From sequence record MW760841.1: a stretch of DNA of 64,000 nucleotides; one strand, 5' to 3'. The notes beneath the pieces are model-generated. The model searched no databases and had not been told where the DNA came from. It saw nothing but the letters and a program-made list of their open reading frames with translations. The translations under genes and the position numbers were made by a program. Shown in pieces: positions 18,945-28,752 of this stretch. Position 1 is the stretch's first letter, and each line of letters opens with the position of its first letter.

Positions 18945-21737
18945 TTACTGCGGAATGTCGTCCGTGTTTTCTTCTTGCGAAGCGCCGTCAAGACCATCAC
19001 CGCCAGCATCAGCGCTGAGAGCATCAGCGTCCCCGCTATCGCCCCCAGTATCGTCTCCGCCAAGGCCATCGTCTTGAGTATCTCCATCATTTCCACCATC
19101 GAGATTGTCGTCTCCACCTAATCCGTCATCGCCTCCGAGTCCATCGTCACCTAAACCATCATCCCCACCTAAGCCGTCGTCACCGCCACCCAGACCATCA
19201 TCTCCACCGCCAAGGTCATCACCACCACCGAAACCACCACCATTGCCATCGACAACGTCAGCAGCTTTCGCCAGTGTTTCTACTTTACCTTGTGCACGCT
19301 TCGCCAGCTGAATAATGGTTTTGCTTGCGCCAGCCACATCGTCCGACATCATCTTCACGTTCTCTGGACGTTTCTCATCGTCGTAGATAAGGTCGAAGAA
19401 GTCGTTCTCAATGCCCTGACGACGTAACCAGTTACGTGCGTAGAACGTTTTCACCATCGACTTGACCGTATTCGGGTCCATGGATACGCCAGCTTCTTGC
19501 AGCATGGTACCGATATCCTCGGTCACCACCAGGTCAGCCAGTTTCTCGAAGAACTCCATACGTTTGTCGAACAGATCCATCTGAGAGTTCGCCGCCGAGG
19601 TATCCGGCGGTGGCAGACTGACCTTAATCCCGTTAATGAATTGACCCATGTACGCAGACGCTTTCGCCACGTAATCGGTTTCCTGGGTATCCGGCTCGTT
19701 CTCTTTGATGTACGTCACAATGGCTTCCAGCATTTCTGCTTGCAGCCTTGGTGAGGACAACGTCGAGGTCACCACATAACGCGTCAGTGGCTTTTGCAGA
19801 ATCTCTTGCTTCTTCACAATCTGCTGAGTGACCAGCAAGGACTTGGAGAAGATTTGAGAGGCGAATTCAATGTTGTCCGGTGTCAGTACCAGGTCAGGGT
19901 CAACCCCGGCGATGTGACAGGTACGGCGCAACAGCGATTCATCCAACTGCTGGTCAGGAACTTTGTAGTCCGGGGTGGTATCCGATACCGAGATTTTGTG
20001 AGAGGAATAGTGTTCGTTCCCTTCCACGTTAAAGGCAATCCCGGCATTGGTGGACATCGCCCACACATCGTCCATGTTACCCCACATCGGCTGACGACGG
20101 TTATAGCTGTTCAGAATATCAGACTTGATTTTCGCAACCGCTTCTTCACCGTTCATCGCATCCGGCGATAACTGGATATCGTACTGCATGTGACGGGCAG
20201 AGTTCAGAATCGCTGAGTTCATGGTCGCAAACAGCAGCGCCATACGCACAGAGGAGATAATGAACGCACGTTCAGTAATGGACACACCGATACCGTCTTC
20301 ATCGAAGTCGGTGGCAAAGTAGCACAGGCTCTCTGCGGGAATGTACACCACCTGGGTGTGACGTTTGGCCAAGTGACGAGTCAGCATCACGCGACCGAAG
20401 GTTTCGGTTACGTTAATGTCCAGCTCAGCACCGCCCAGCGCATCACCTAACGACAGCGCCAGTTGGTTCTCGGCAATCTCACCGAAACGGCTGACCAGAC
20501 GGTTAGCAATCTCTGGTGTGACTTTGGCATTGCCTTCACCCATGCCGATAGCTGCACGGTTAATGGTGGAGTCAATCATCCCGTCGTTGTTCAGGTAGTT
20601 CATGAAGTTCGCATCACCGTACAGTGAAGAACGAGCATTAATGAAGTTACCTTGTTCATCCACGATGGCCAGGTAGCCAATCGGGTTCATCACATCATCG
20701 CCCAGAATCAACGGCAGGGTGGACTCCGCAGGCAGGATACGTTCAACGTATTCCAGGCGGTTCACATCATCCATCTGCGCTTTCTTCATCTCAGCGTACA
20801 GCATCTGTTCAGGCGGTGTACGATAAGTTTCATTCAGATCGGCGATATTAATCTGATTGGGAATCTTGTTCTCTTCCTGGTCACGAACAGGTCGTGGGTC
20901 GAAAGTTCCGCCCCCAGTTGGCGTTCTTGGCTTTTCATATGCAGCCTGCTCTAACTGGCCGTAAAATGAACTGCTGGCGTTCTCGCGTGCCACACGACGC
21001 ACCACTTCTGGCATCATGAACACGTTACGGTTATCAGTGAGCATCACCTTCATTTCAGTGAAGCCAGAGTCCTTACCGAACATATCCGACAAGTCGAACT
21101 TGATTTCTTGTGGGCCTTCGGGTTTGGTATGGCTACTCAGAATACTTTCGATACCAACCTTCTGCTCGTCCGGTTTGGCAATCTTGCGCAGAATGCCTTT
21201 TTGTTCGTTGAAGAAGTTAATTTGTTTGCTGCGCAGCTGCGCTTTCGCAGATTCCTGGGCGACCTTAGTGTCTAACCCGAACAGGCTATCGAAACCAGAG
21301 TCAGACAGCAGCAAAACCGGAGTTGCACCTTTAGACTTCAAAGCGTCGTAAATCCACTTGTACAGCTTCGTAGGAAGCTTACGCACGTTGTCGTGGTATT
21401 CGCGTTCAATCCCCAGCAGAATCTCTTTTAAGTCTAACGGTACGTCAGTGACGCAGTCGTAGATTAAGCTGGTATTAATCAGGTCTTTTGACGAGAGAAG
21501 AGAGGACGTCGCAATGGTGACAATCGTTTCTAACTCAGGCAGGGCCTGATAAATGCGCTGCGCGTTCTTCGTTGTACGAATACGCGAACTCGCAATCCCG
21601 GTTAGTTCAGACCGGGTGGGCGTCGTGCCGCCTTCCTGGCGTTTACCGCGCTCTTGTGTCGCGGATGGGCCTGTAGCTTTGATCAATATCGCGCTTACGG
21701 CGGGGTCACGCGCAGTTAATTTACTAATATCGTCCAT
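18945..21737 (-). CDS. portal protein (phiKZ gp129/SPN3US gp81-like)
   Basis: Start MDDISK with GGAG SD; IYQALPELETIV, KLPTKLYKWIYDALKSKGATPV, DGIGVSITE segments; - strand, divergent from baseplate gene. Confidence 0.75.
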   Translation of the reverse strand: MDDISKLTARDPAVSAILIKATGPSATQERGKRQEGGTTPTRSELTGIASSRIRTTKNAQRIYQALPELETIVTIATSSLLSSKDLINTSLIYDCVTDVPLDLKEILLGIEREYHDNVRKLPTKLYKWIYDALKSKGATPVLLLSDSGFDSLFGLDTKVAQESAKAQLRSKQINFFNEQKGILRKIAKPDEQKVGIESILSSHTKPEGPQEIKFDLSDMFGKDSGFTEMKVMLTDNRNVFMMPEVVRRVARENASSSFYGQLEQAAYEKPRTPTGGGTFDPRPVRDQEENKIPNQINIADLNETYRTPPEQMLYAEMKKAQMDDVNRLEYVERILPAESTLPLILGDDVMNPIGYLAIVDEQGNFINARSSLYGDANFMNYLNNDGMIDSTINRAAIGMGEGNAKVTPEIANRLVSRFGEIAENQLALSLGDALGGAELDINVTETFGRVMLTRHLAKRHTQVVYIPAESLCYFATDFDEDGIGVSITERAFIISSVRMALLFATMNSAILNSARHMQYDIQLSPDAMNGEEAVAKIKSDILNSYNRRQPMWGNMDDVWAMSTNAGIAFNVEGNEHYSSHKISVSDTTPDYKVPDQQLDESLLRRTCHIAGVDPDLVLTPDNIEFASQIFSKSLLVTQQIVKKQEILQKPLTRYVVTSTLSSPRLQAEMLEAIVTYIKENEPDTQETDYVAKASAYMGQFINGIKVSLPPPDTSAANSQMDLFDKRMEFFEKLADLVVTEDIGTMLQEAGVSMDPNTVKSMVKTFYARNWLRRQGIENDFFDLIYDDEKRPENVKMMSDDVAGASKTIIQLAKRAQGKVETLAKAADVVDGNGGGFGGGDDLGGGDDGLGGGDDGLGGDDGLGDDGLGGDDGLGGDDNLDGGNDGDTQDDGLGGDDTGGDSGDADALSADAGGDGLDGASQEENTDDIPQ
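18948..19260 (-). repeat. Gly/Asp low-complexity repeat (GGDDGLG)n in portal C-terminus
   Basis: Translated repeats DDLGGGDDGLGGGDDGLGGDDGLGDDGLGGDD. Confidence 0.85.
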
Positions 21738-21752
21738 TGGGGTCTCCGAATA

Positions 21753-23939
21753 ATGCAGAGGTTCAATATCTTTAGAGACCAGAACATCGAGCTGGCGAAA
21801 TCGCTGATTATCAAATCGGATACGATCGCACAGCAGATGAATCTGGCCATAACCGAGAATGGCGGTTATGTGTCGAGTGACCGCAACACATGGCGGTATT
21901 ACCTGCACCTGGCAGGCAGACGACATGATGCCGACCAACCAATCCTTATCACATCGTTAGATACACAAGAGTTAATCGAGCTGACGACAGCTAACCTGTC
22001 TATTCATAAGAAAACCTCGAACGTGTATCGCTCCAACACCGAGTATATCGACCAGCTCATTTTAACGAATCCGGACTACGCGGTCTATATAAAGGGATGC
22101 TTCTGGCCGGTCCCCTTGACGGTGTCAATTAACGTCAATGACTGCTCTATCCTTTATTACAACCCGGCTCTGGTGGAGTCCCAGGAGCAGTCGTTAGTCC
22201 ACGACATGGAGAAGTTGATTAACGCCGCCCACGTTCGCTATATGGCGGATGGCTGGAAGGTGAACAACGATGCCTTCGTGTTAGGCTTCTACGTGATGCT
22301 GTACCCACAGTTGCCGAGTATGTTGATGCGCTTGCGTGCCTGTAAGCAGTTCACGCTGGAAACGCACACCTACTACGTCACGGAATTCCTGGCCTCACAC
22401 CAGGAGCTGCACGAGTTCATTCCGTACATGACCCGTACCATGATGTTCACGGTGTACCGTAACATTCGCTACTGGGAACGTAACTCCGGGAAGAAAGAAA
22501 TCTTTGACTGGATGGTAGAGACCTTCTTCACAGGCTGGAGTATGCCTGCGGTCGCGTACCGTGTCGGACAACAGATTCATGACCCGTCGACGGGGAATGA
22601 TGAAGACCTGACGCCACGCCCAGTGGGTTACCAGGAAGCGCTCAACTATACCGAGCGTAACTCGGGCCGTGACCTGGACTTGGTCAGTACCGCCGACATC
22701 ATCCAGAAAGAGATTCCGCTGGCGTATAACAACGCCGTGCACCAACCGGAATACCAGGCAGACGTTGACCGCCGGTTAGGTTTGACGCAGTACCCGAACC
22801 TGACCACCAAACTGGTGGAAGTCACCGCCATCGACCCAGAGGCTATCGAGCGTTGGGAGTTCACGCACGCCATCTTTAATGAATGGCTGCACCTGACAGC
22901 GAAAGGCCAGTATAACGTCTCCCACGAGTTCCTGAACCCGACGAACGGTGACACCATCAAGATTTCCACCAAGGAGCTGATGGCGTTGTATTTGTACGCG
23001 GGCTTCAAAGGGTTCTCAGGTGTGGCGTTAGAGAAGATTCCGGCGTTCCATGCGCTCGGGGTGCAAATCAAACGTTGGGTCAGTGTACCGGAGATGCGCA
23101 ACTACCTGGTGAACGATAGCTGGGAAGGGCGCTACGACAAAACCATCAACTACTACGCCGACACGCAGTACGAAGTGGTTGGCGATGTGTTGAGTAACGA
23201 TGAGTTTTACGATGCTGCGTTTGCGATGATTAACAACAAACGTCGTCGTTACAACTACACGTACAACCGTCGCAAGATTAAAGACCGCGCTGCTGCACTC
23301 CAGCTGTTCGCGTACCACTACAAAGATTACCGCTGTGATTTGGAACTCCCGTATCGTGATTACGAAGAGTTCTTCCAAAACCTGGGATTTGATTACACGA
23401 TTATCTCAGACGAAACCTGGCAAGATATTGCGACCGATGCGTTTAACATGGGTACCAATATGGAAAACCGTGCGACCTTGTCTCACGGAGAAATCCAACG
23501 TGCAATGGTGAAGTTGATGGGGAAACTTTCCTCGTACACCATTCACTTTGCTGCCAGGATGTCCGCTGACTCGTACGACATCACTGACCCTATTACCCCG
23601 ATACTTGGAGATATTCCAATGTCGGCGGGAATGAGTACCGATGTCGATGACCCGCACGTTGGGGTTGTGTCAGTGCGTGCCCGCGCCACAATGACGACCG
23701 CTAACCCGCTCGCCGTGATGCCGGAAATCACCAAGATGTCCATGCCGAGAAAGTACAAATTCTGCATGAACGTCTTCCTGGGTATTCAGGTACGTGTCCA
23801 TCAGAACATTCGCGTTGATATTGAAACGAATGCCGTGGGGGTTGTTTCCCAGGAGCTGACGAATACGAAAATCACACTTGCAGACAAAGTGAAGAAATAC
23901 GCACTGGACGGCTTCCGTTCTGATGAGTTCTTTAACTGA
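21753..23939 (+). CDS. virion structural protein, probable baseplate wedge (phiKZ gp128-like)
   Basis: 728 aa; TWRYYLHLAG, RNIRYWERNSGK segments; head-to-head with portal. Confidence 0.65.
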   Translation: MQRFNIFRDQNIELAKSLIIKSDTIAQQMNLAITENGGYVSSDRNTWRYYLHLAGRRHDADQPILITSLDTQELIELTTANLSIHKKTSNVYRSNTEYIDQLILTNPDYAVYIKGCFWPVPLTVSINVNDCSILYYNPALVESQEQSLVHDMEKLINAAHVRYMADGWKVNNDAFVLGFYVMLYPQLPSMLMRLRACKQFTLETHTYYVTEFLASHQELHEFIPYMTRTMMFTVYRNIRYWERNSGKKEIFDWMVETFFTGWSMPAVAYRVGQQIHDPSTGNDEDLTPRPVGYQEALNYTERNSGRDLDLVSTADIIQKEIPLAYNNAVHQPEYQADVDRRLGLTQYPNLTTKLVEVTAIDPEAIERWEFTHAIFNEWLHLTAKGQYNVSHEFLNPTNGDTIKISTKELMALYLYAGFKGFSGVALEKIPAFHALGVQIKRWVSVPEMRNYLVNDSWEGRYDKTINYYADTQYEVVGDVLSNDEFYDAAFAMINNKRRRYNYTYNRRKIKDRAAALQLFAYHYKDYRCDLELPYRDYEEFFQNLGFDYTIISDETWQDIATDAFNMGTNMENRATLSHGEIQRAMVKLMGKLSSYTIHFAARMSADSYDITDPITPILGDIPMSAGMSTDVDDPHVGVVSVRARATMTTANPLAVMPEITKMSMPRKYKFCMNVFLGIQVRVHQNIRVDIETNAVGVVSQELTNTKITLADKVKKYALDGFRSDEFFN

Positions 23940-23962
23940 TGCATTAACCCGGTGAGAAAATT

Positions 23963-24484
23963 ATGCCATACCGTGTAGACCTATCGAAATCCCCGAAAGA
24001 AATACTGTTGAATCGTATTAACTACGTCTTCGGTACATCTTATAGACCGGATCAGATTGAATTTAACAGCCGAGGTGCGTGGCCGCTCACGAAGGATGAG
24101 CGTCGTGCTAAGGGTGTTGAGTCAAAGATTGCGGCGTCCTTTAAGAACGGGGTGGCGGGTACGCGTGAGTTCTACCTGACGCGTGCTAACCTGACTGAAC
24201 TGTTGGATGGGGAAGTGGTGGAGGTGCCGCAAGGAGTGGCTGAATGGAGTCACTACCTGGTACCGTACATCCGTGATTCCTTAGGGCTGGATTTGGGCGA
24301 CTATGACCTGGTCGTAGAACCGATTGACAGTACCAAAGAATTGTACCTGGCCAAAATCGAACCACATCATCCTTCTTTTAAAGGGACGATTGTAATCACC
24401 TTTATCGACCCGACCCCACGCCGTCTCGCAGAGCTGGTTACCTTGCGCAGCCTCGATGGATTCAATATTGGAGAATTTTTCTAA
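23963..24484 (+). CDS. virion structural protein
   Basis: 173 aa; N-terminus resembles the tail paralogue domain (LLNRIN...F...P). Confidence 0.55.
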   Translation: MPYRVDLSKSPKEILLNRINYVFGTSYRPDQIEFNSRGAWPLTKDERRAKGVESKIAASFKNGVAGTREFYLTRANLTELLDGEVVEVPQGVAEWSHYLVPYIRDSLGLDLGDYDLVVEPIDSTKELYLAKIEPHHPSFKGTIVITFIDPTPRRLAELVTLRSLDGFNIGEFF

Positions 24485-25371
24485 TGGCAAACAGTAAAAC
24501 GTACGACGGGAAGCTGTCGACGGCTACCTTGAGCGCGATGCGTTTATCCGCCGCACTGATTTGTGGTGCGCCGGTACAGTATCCGCAGAACTCAACCTTG
24601 AATGAGTTCTATAAGCTGATGACTGCCCGTCAGCCTGACCCAGCCGACCGCCCGACACTGAAGTATCTGGCGATTGGTAATCGTGGTCACCGTGCAGAAA
24701 GCGACGGGGATATCGATGACTTCGTGCCAGTTGGCAAAAGCCCAACCGTCTCCGGGATGTTCTCCGATGTACCTTGGGTACTGCGTCCACTGGACAATGA
24801 CCTGAGTGACGAGCAGCGTAAGAACTACCGTTTCCGTACTCAGGTGAACATCAACGGCCGTAACTACTGGGCGTACTACCTGCGTACGCTGGATATGCGT
24901 ACCGTGAAGACCACGGATATCGAAACCATCCGTACCAACGGGGTGCCGGTACCGGACGACTTCGTATACACCGATGCTGACCTGCATCCAGTGCCAGGAC
25001 GTCTGCCAGACTACGATTACGATGATGACGGCACCGTGGAAATGCCGGATGGTCGTTACGTGGAATCCGGTGCAGACATCTTCATCTCGTGGACTGAGTT
25101 CGACGTGCAGGAATACCTGAACGTGGCCTCTATCATGCGTGGCTCGGCTAACAAAGCGCTGATTTCTGAAATCTCCATGTGCTCTGGCCTGGACGTTCCG
25201 GAAACCGGACAGTCAGCATCAGGTTCTCCGTTCAGCTACACCGAAGCTATCGGTGTGCAGGCGTTGTACCATATCTCGCTGTTTGTTAACCTGGCACAGA
25301 CCAATGAGAATCTCGGTCTGACTATCCGCGTGGGTCAGCCTGCACCGTTCTTCTTAGGGGACGCGTCGTAA
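24484..25371 (+). CDS. virion structural protein (phiKZ gp139-like)
   Basis: NSTLNEFY, YLAIGNRGH, PWVLRPLDNDLS, YWAYYLR motifs. Confidence 0.65.
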   Translation: MANSKTYDGKLSTATLSAMRLSAALICGAPVQYPQNSTLNEFYKLMTARQPDPADRPTLKYLAIGNRGHRAESDGDIDDFVPVGKSPTVSGMFSDVPWVLRPLDNDLSDEQRKNYRFRTQVNINGRNYWAYYLRTLDMRTVKTTDIETIRTNGVPVPDDFVYTDADLHPVPGRLPDYDYDDDGTVEMPDGRYVESGADIFISWTEFDVQEYLNVASIMRGSANKALISEISMCSGLDVPETGQSASGSPFSYTEAIGVQALYHISLFVNLAQTNENLGLTIRVGQPAPFFLGDAS

Positions 25372-26030
25372 TGCTGATTCCTGAACCGCGGTTGCCAGAT
25401 AGAATGGTGCGGATTGTGGCGGTTGACCCCGGCACAAGTCACCTGGGCTTAGCGGTTCTGGATTGGGAATACGGTACGCCTCAGGCCGAAGTGGTCTGGG
25501 CGAAAACGATACATGCCCGTGACCCGACGCACGACAGTGCGTTCGGGGAATGTGTGGGTCGCCGTGATTCCCGATTGGTGTATCTGGAGAAGATGTGGGA
25601 AGAGTTCTTACGTTTGGCCTCTCCCACATTTGCTTGTACAGAAACGCCGTTTATGCAACGCTCCAAGCTTTCCGCCTATGAATCTGGTGTCGAACTGCAA
25701 TTGATGTTACGCCGCACGTTGTGGCGGGTCTACCCCGGTATGTCGTTGCATGGTTATAATCCCATTATTGTGAAATCCTTCGTCGGCGTAGAGGCCAAGG
25801 GGACCGATAAAACGCATATGTTCGCGGCGGTCACCAAGCTGTACAAAGACAACACGTTAATAGACCTGACAGCCTTAGATGAGCACAGCATCGATGGCAT
25901 TGCCGTTGGGAATATCTTTGTTAGGGTTTCACTACTCAATTTAAATAGTCTGCTCCCTCCGAGGGAGAAAAAGCCCAAGCAATCGAAGTCGGGTAAATCT
26001 CGCCGGAGACGTAGACGCACCAGGGGCTAA
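25371..26030 (+). CDS. ruvC: RuvC-like Holliday junction resolvase
   Basis: VAVDPGTSHLG (catalytic D), TETPF (E), HSIDGIAV (D); basic C-terminal tail. Confidence 0.85.
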   Translation: MLIPEPRLPDRMVRIVAVDPGTSHLGLAVLDWEYGTPQAEVVWAKTIHARDPTHDSAFGECVGRRDSRLVYLEKMWEEFLRLASPTFACTETPFMQRSKLSAYESGVELQLMLRRTLWRVYPGMSLHGYNPIIVKSFVGVEAKGTDKTHMFAAVTKLYKDNTLIDLTALDEHSIDGIAVGNIFVRVSLLNLNSLLPPREKKPKQSKSGKSRRRRRRTRG

Positions 26031-26034
26031 AACC

Positions 26035-26610
26035 ATGTCACAAACCATACAGGAAGCCACCTCCACGGTCTTAGATGTTCTTATCCAGGCAGGCGATAAA
26101 CCGCTGAGCGCTGATGATGCAGCTAAGGTGAAAGAGGCGGCTGTGGTGGCCGTCGGTTCCGCTGTTCAGATTGATACCGCACAACCGGCAAGCGTAATCT
26201 TGTCGTCTCTCCGGCCGCTGATTGTAGAGCAAGTCAGCAATTTCGGGAAGTCGATGGAGAACCTGGCTGTGGGGTCAATCGAAGGGATGGATGCCAAGTA
26301 CGGCAAAGAAACCATCATGACATTGTGGCCAAGCCTGTCTTTCCCGGTGAAAGCAATTATCTGGATTCTGGTACTCTTTACCATTGGTACGGATGTATAC
26401 ATGATGACAGATATCCTGCGCCGGGAAGCTGTGGACCTGTTCGATGCTGCAACCATCGGACTGCTGCCACTGATTGGGTTGCTGCTGTTTTGCACCGTGC
26501 CGATTAAGACACTGGCCTACACCTCACTAAGCGTGGGAGCCAAGGTAGTAGAGGCGAGACTCCAGAAGTCCACCGCATCGAACCCGTCGAAGTCGAACAC
26601 ACCGAAGTAA
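26035..26610 (+). CDS. membrane protein with two predicted TM helices
   Basis: Hydrophobic runs AIIWILVLFTIGTDVYMM and ATIGLLPLIGLLLFCTVPI. Confidence 0.65.
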   Translation: MSQTIQEATSTVLDVLIQAGDKPLSADDAAKVKEAAVVAVGSAVQIDTAQPASVILSSLRPLIVEQVSNFGKSMENLAVGSIEGMDAKYGKETIMTLWPSLSFPVKAIIWILVLFTIGTDVYMMTDILRREAVDLFDAATIGLLPLIGLLLFCTVPIKTLAYTSLSVGAKVVEARLQKSTASNPSKSNTPK

Positions 26611-26613
26611 CAC

Positions 26614-26672
26614 ACTCGCTCCTTCGGGGGCGAGTTTTATTTTTTCTTTTTACGTCATATTGCTTTTATGTG
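26614..26672 (+). terminator. terminator overlapping ACG-N14-TGTG promoter
   Basis: ACTCGCTCC-TTCG-GGGGCGAGT plus T tract; ACG 26652-26654, TGTG 26669-26672. Confidence 0.7.
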
Positions 26673-26694
26673 TAAACCATAACAGGACCGCACT

Positions 26695-27294
26695 ATGAAA
26701 CCACAATTGAGAGTCCGTACTCTGCTGTTGCCTGGCGCGCACCTCCTCAAGTCTGTCGGGCGACTGGAAAAGCGCACCTTTACCGACACCGAACAAAAAC
26801 AGATGGTCTTAGCCGCATTAGAAGAGATTACGTTCACTGCGTATGCCGCTGTCCCGTGGGACTACAGTCACGATAAACCCCCGTACCAGGGCATGGCATT
26901 CGTAAAACTGAAAGCGCTGTTACCGAACGTTGGCGAAGACGACATCAAAACCATTGTTGCGCGTGTCAAAGCCGAAGCCACACGGTTGTTGCATCCGGAC
27001 ATTCTGAAGAACCCAGACTGGCGGGAAATCGACGCTAATGTGGTACCGCGTGGTGCTCCGCTTATCTTCGACCACGGCGTCAGCTATCATTGGTACAAAT
27101 CGTTTCTCCAAGTGCGTTGGATACGTCCGACCGTGGATTACCGCGAGATGTCCGTGACTACTTATTTCCAATCTCTGCACAGTTACTACTTGAAAGCCGG
27201 TAATGGCGTTCATGGCGTAGCAATGGCCGGGAGCCTTCTTACCCTTCCCATGAACAAATTACTGACCTCCGAGTATGAGGTTGATATTCTTTAG
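26695..27294 (+). CDS. hypothetical protein
   Basis: 199 aa; CAGGA SD. Confidence 0.65.
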   Translation: MKPQLRVRTLLLPGAHLLKSVGRLEKRTFTDTEQKQMVLAALEEITFTAYAAVPWDYSHDKPPYQGMAFVKLKALLPNVGEDDIKTIVARVKAEATRLLHPDILKNPDWREIDANVVPRGAPLIFDHGVSYHWYKSFLQVRWIRPTVDYREMSVTTYFQSLHSYYLKAGNGVHGVAMAGSLLTLPMNKLLTSEYEVDIL

Positions 27295-27302
27295 GAGCAC
27301 CC

Positions 27303-27782
27303 ATGCTGATTATCTCTGTCAGTATCGATAAGATATCCCCGGAGACTTATCCGGGATTGCGCAGTTGGATTGAAGAACTAAACGCGATTCGCCAAACACC
27401 GGTGAAAGTTGTCATGGCCGTTGAAGATGACAACGTGATGGGGATAATGGTGTGGGAGCCAGGTCATTTGATTTACCTGGTAGTGCCGGAAGCAGCTCGC
27501 CATTGTGGCGCAGGAACCTTCTTGGTCAAATACCTACTCCAGCAGTCCGAGGGTAAGAAAGCCTCGTGTAAAGTGCTGCCTTCTGCCGTCGATGCAATTT
27601 GTTTCTTTCACAAGCTAGGCTGGCAAATCGTGAGCTGGTATACCGATGTCGAGGGCCGCCGATACTTTCGTATGACGAATGCAGTTTCGCAGCCGTCAAC
27701 GATTCCATCGGAGGAGAAGCAGTTAGAAACGTTTGCTTCCAGCGTGCCTATCTTCCTCTCGATGGCCGGAGGTATTTACTAG
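27303..27782 (+). CDS. GNAT-family acetyltransferase
   Basis: Motif A VVPEAARHCGAGTFL; AICFFHKLGW. Confidence 0.8.
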   Translation: MLIISVSIDKISPETYPGLRSWIEELNAIRQTPVKVVMAVEDDNVMGIMVWEPGHLIYLVVPEAARHCGAGTFLVKYLLQQSEGKKASCKVLPSAVDAICFFHKLGWQIVSWYTDVEGRRYFRMTNAVSQPSTIPSEEKQLETFASSVPIFLSMAGGIY

Positions 27783-27798
27783 CCGCGAGAGTACAATA

Positions 27799-28284
27799 AT
27801 GATACGTGTTATATACGAGACACGAAGCCTGGATGATATTCAGGCAAAGCCAGTACGCTGTGCGGAAATTGTATCGGGGTGTGAGTTGAATATCGCTAAT
27901 TCAACGCTACGAGGAGTACCGGTACGTATCGTTTCCACAGAGTCCTGGCGTGAAGACAAAACTTACAAGACTACACCAGCAATAAGGCCCAGTAATAGAA
28001 AATGTTTTACCGAACTCAAGACCCACTTGAGTCGGCACTTCCGACGCAGCAGATGGAAGGCGTTAGTCCTGATGGTTGTGGACGATTTCATTCGCGAGTT
28101 GGAATGGGAAGAAGTTTTAAGAGAGGCGGGTTACCGTACAAAACCATTTTCTTATCACTGGCATCACTTCAAAAAACAGTTCACTGAAGCTCTGCGTTGG
28201 TCACCTGCAACACAAAAGATGATTCCACGGTTAGAGCAACAGGACTGGCTTCAACCCTATATGGTCGAGGATAACAAGATATGA
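27799..28284 (+). CDS. hypothetical protein
   Basis: ATG 27799 (MIRVIYE); overlaps next gene. Confidence 0.55.
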   Translation: MIRVIYETRSLDDIQAKPVRCAEIVSGCELNIANSTLRGVPVRIVSTESWREDKTYKTTPAIRPSNRKCFTELKTHLSRHFRRSRWKALVLMVVDDFIRELEWEEVLREAGYRTKPFSYHWHHFKKQFTEALRWSPATQKMIPRLEQQDWLQPYMVEDNKI

Positions 28285-28676
28285 TGCGTACCTTATTGGC
28301 TGCTTTTCTAGCAGTAATTTCATTTACAGTTTCCGCAACGTTTGACCCGAGCCAGATAGTGGGCTTTAAGCCAGCTAATCCGGGCGACGTTCGCGTGGAG
28401 TTCAGTAAAATCGACAACCCAAAGACCGTGGCAGAGAATGGTGGGTTTGCGGTGGTGAACTTCGGTCGTGAGGAGAAGTGTCCGAGCGGCGGTTTTTATC
28501 TGATCAATATCCAGCGACAGACGTATCAGTTTATCGATGCAGGAAGTTGCAATGGTAAGCTTACGACGACGTTGACTGACCCGACTATTCTCGGCAAGAA
28601 AACGATCGTTACCCAGGTGTTAACCTTCTACCTGGGGGATGTGATTACTGCCCGGTATCCGTTGTACGGCTACTAG
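28281..28676 (+). CDS. putative exported/periplasmic protein
   Basis: Signal-peptide-like MMRTLLAAFLAVISFTVSA; two Cys in mature part. Confidence 0.65.
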   Translation: MMRTLLAAFLAVISFTVSATFDPSQIVGFKPANPGDVRVEFSKIDNPKTVAENGGFAVVNFGREEKCPSGGFYLINIQRQTYQFIDAGSCNGKLTTTLTDPTILGKKTIVTQVLTFYLGDVITARYPLYGY

Positions 28677-28684
28677 GATTTGAC

Positions 28685-28739
28685 CCTCTCCCTTCGGGGA
28701 GAGGTTCTCTTATTTTTTTCGTAACGGGTCAGTGATATA
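28685..28739 (+). terminator. terminator followed by TTTTCG-N14-TATA promoter variant
   Basis: CCTCTCCC-TTCG-GGGAGAGG plus T tract. Confidence 0.7.
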
Positions 28740-28752
28740 GGAGGACACACCC

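Noticed and set aside
21738-21938. 67-aa N-terminal extension of the portal ORF
   Set aside because: It overlaps the opposite-strand baseplate gene; a GGAG SD supports the start at 21737.
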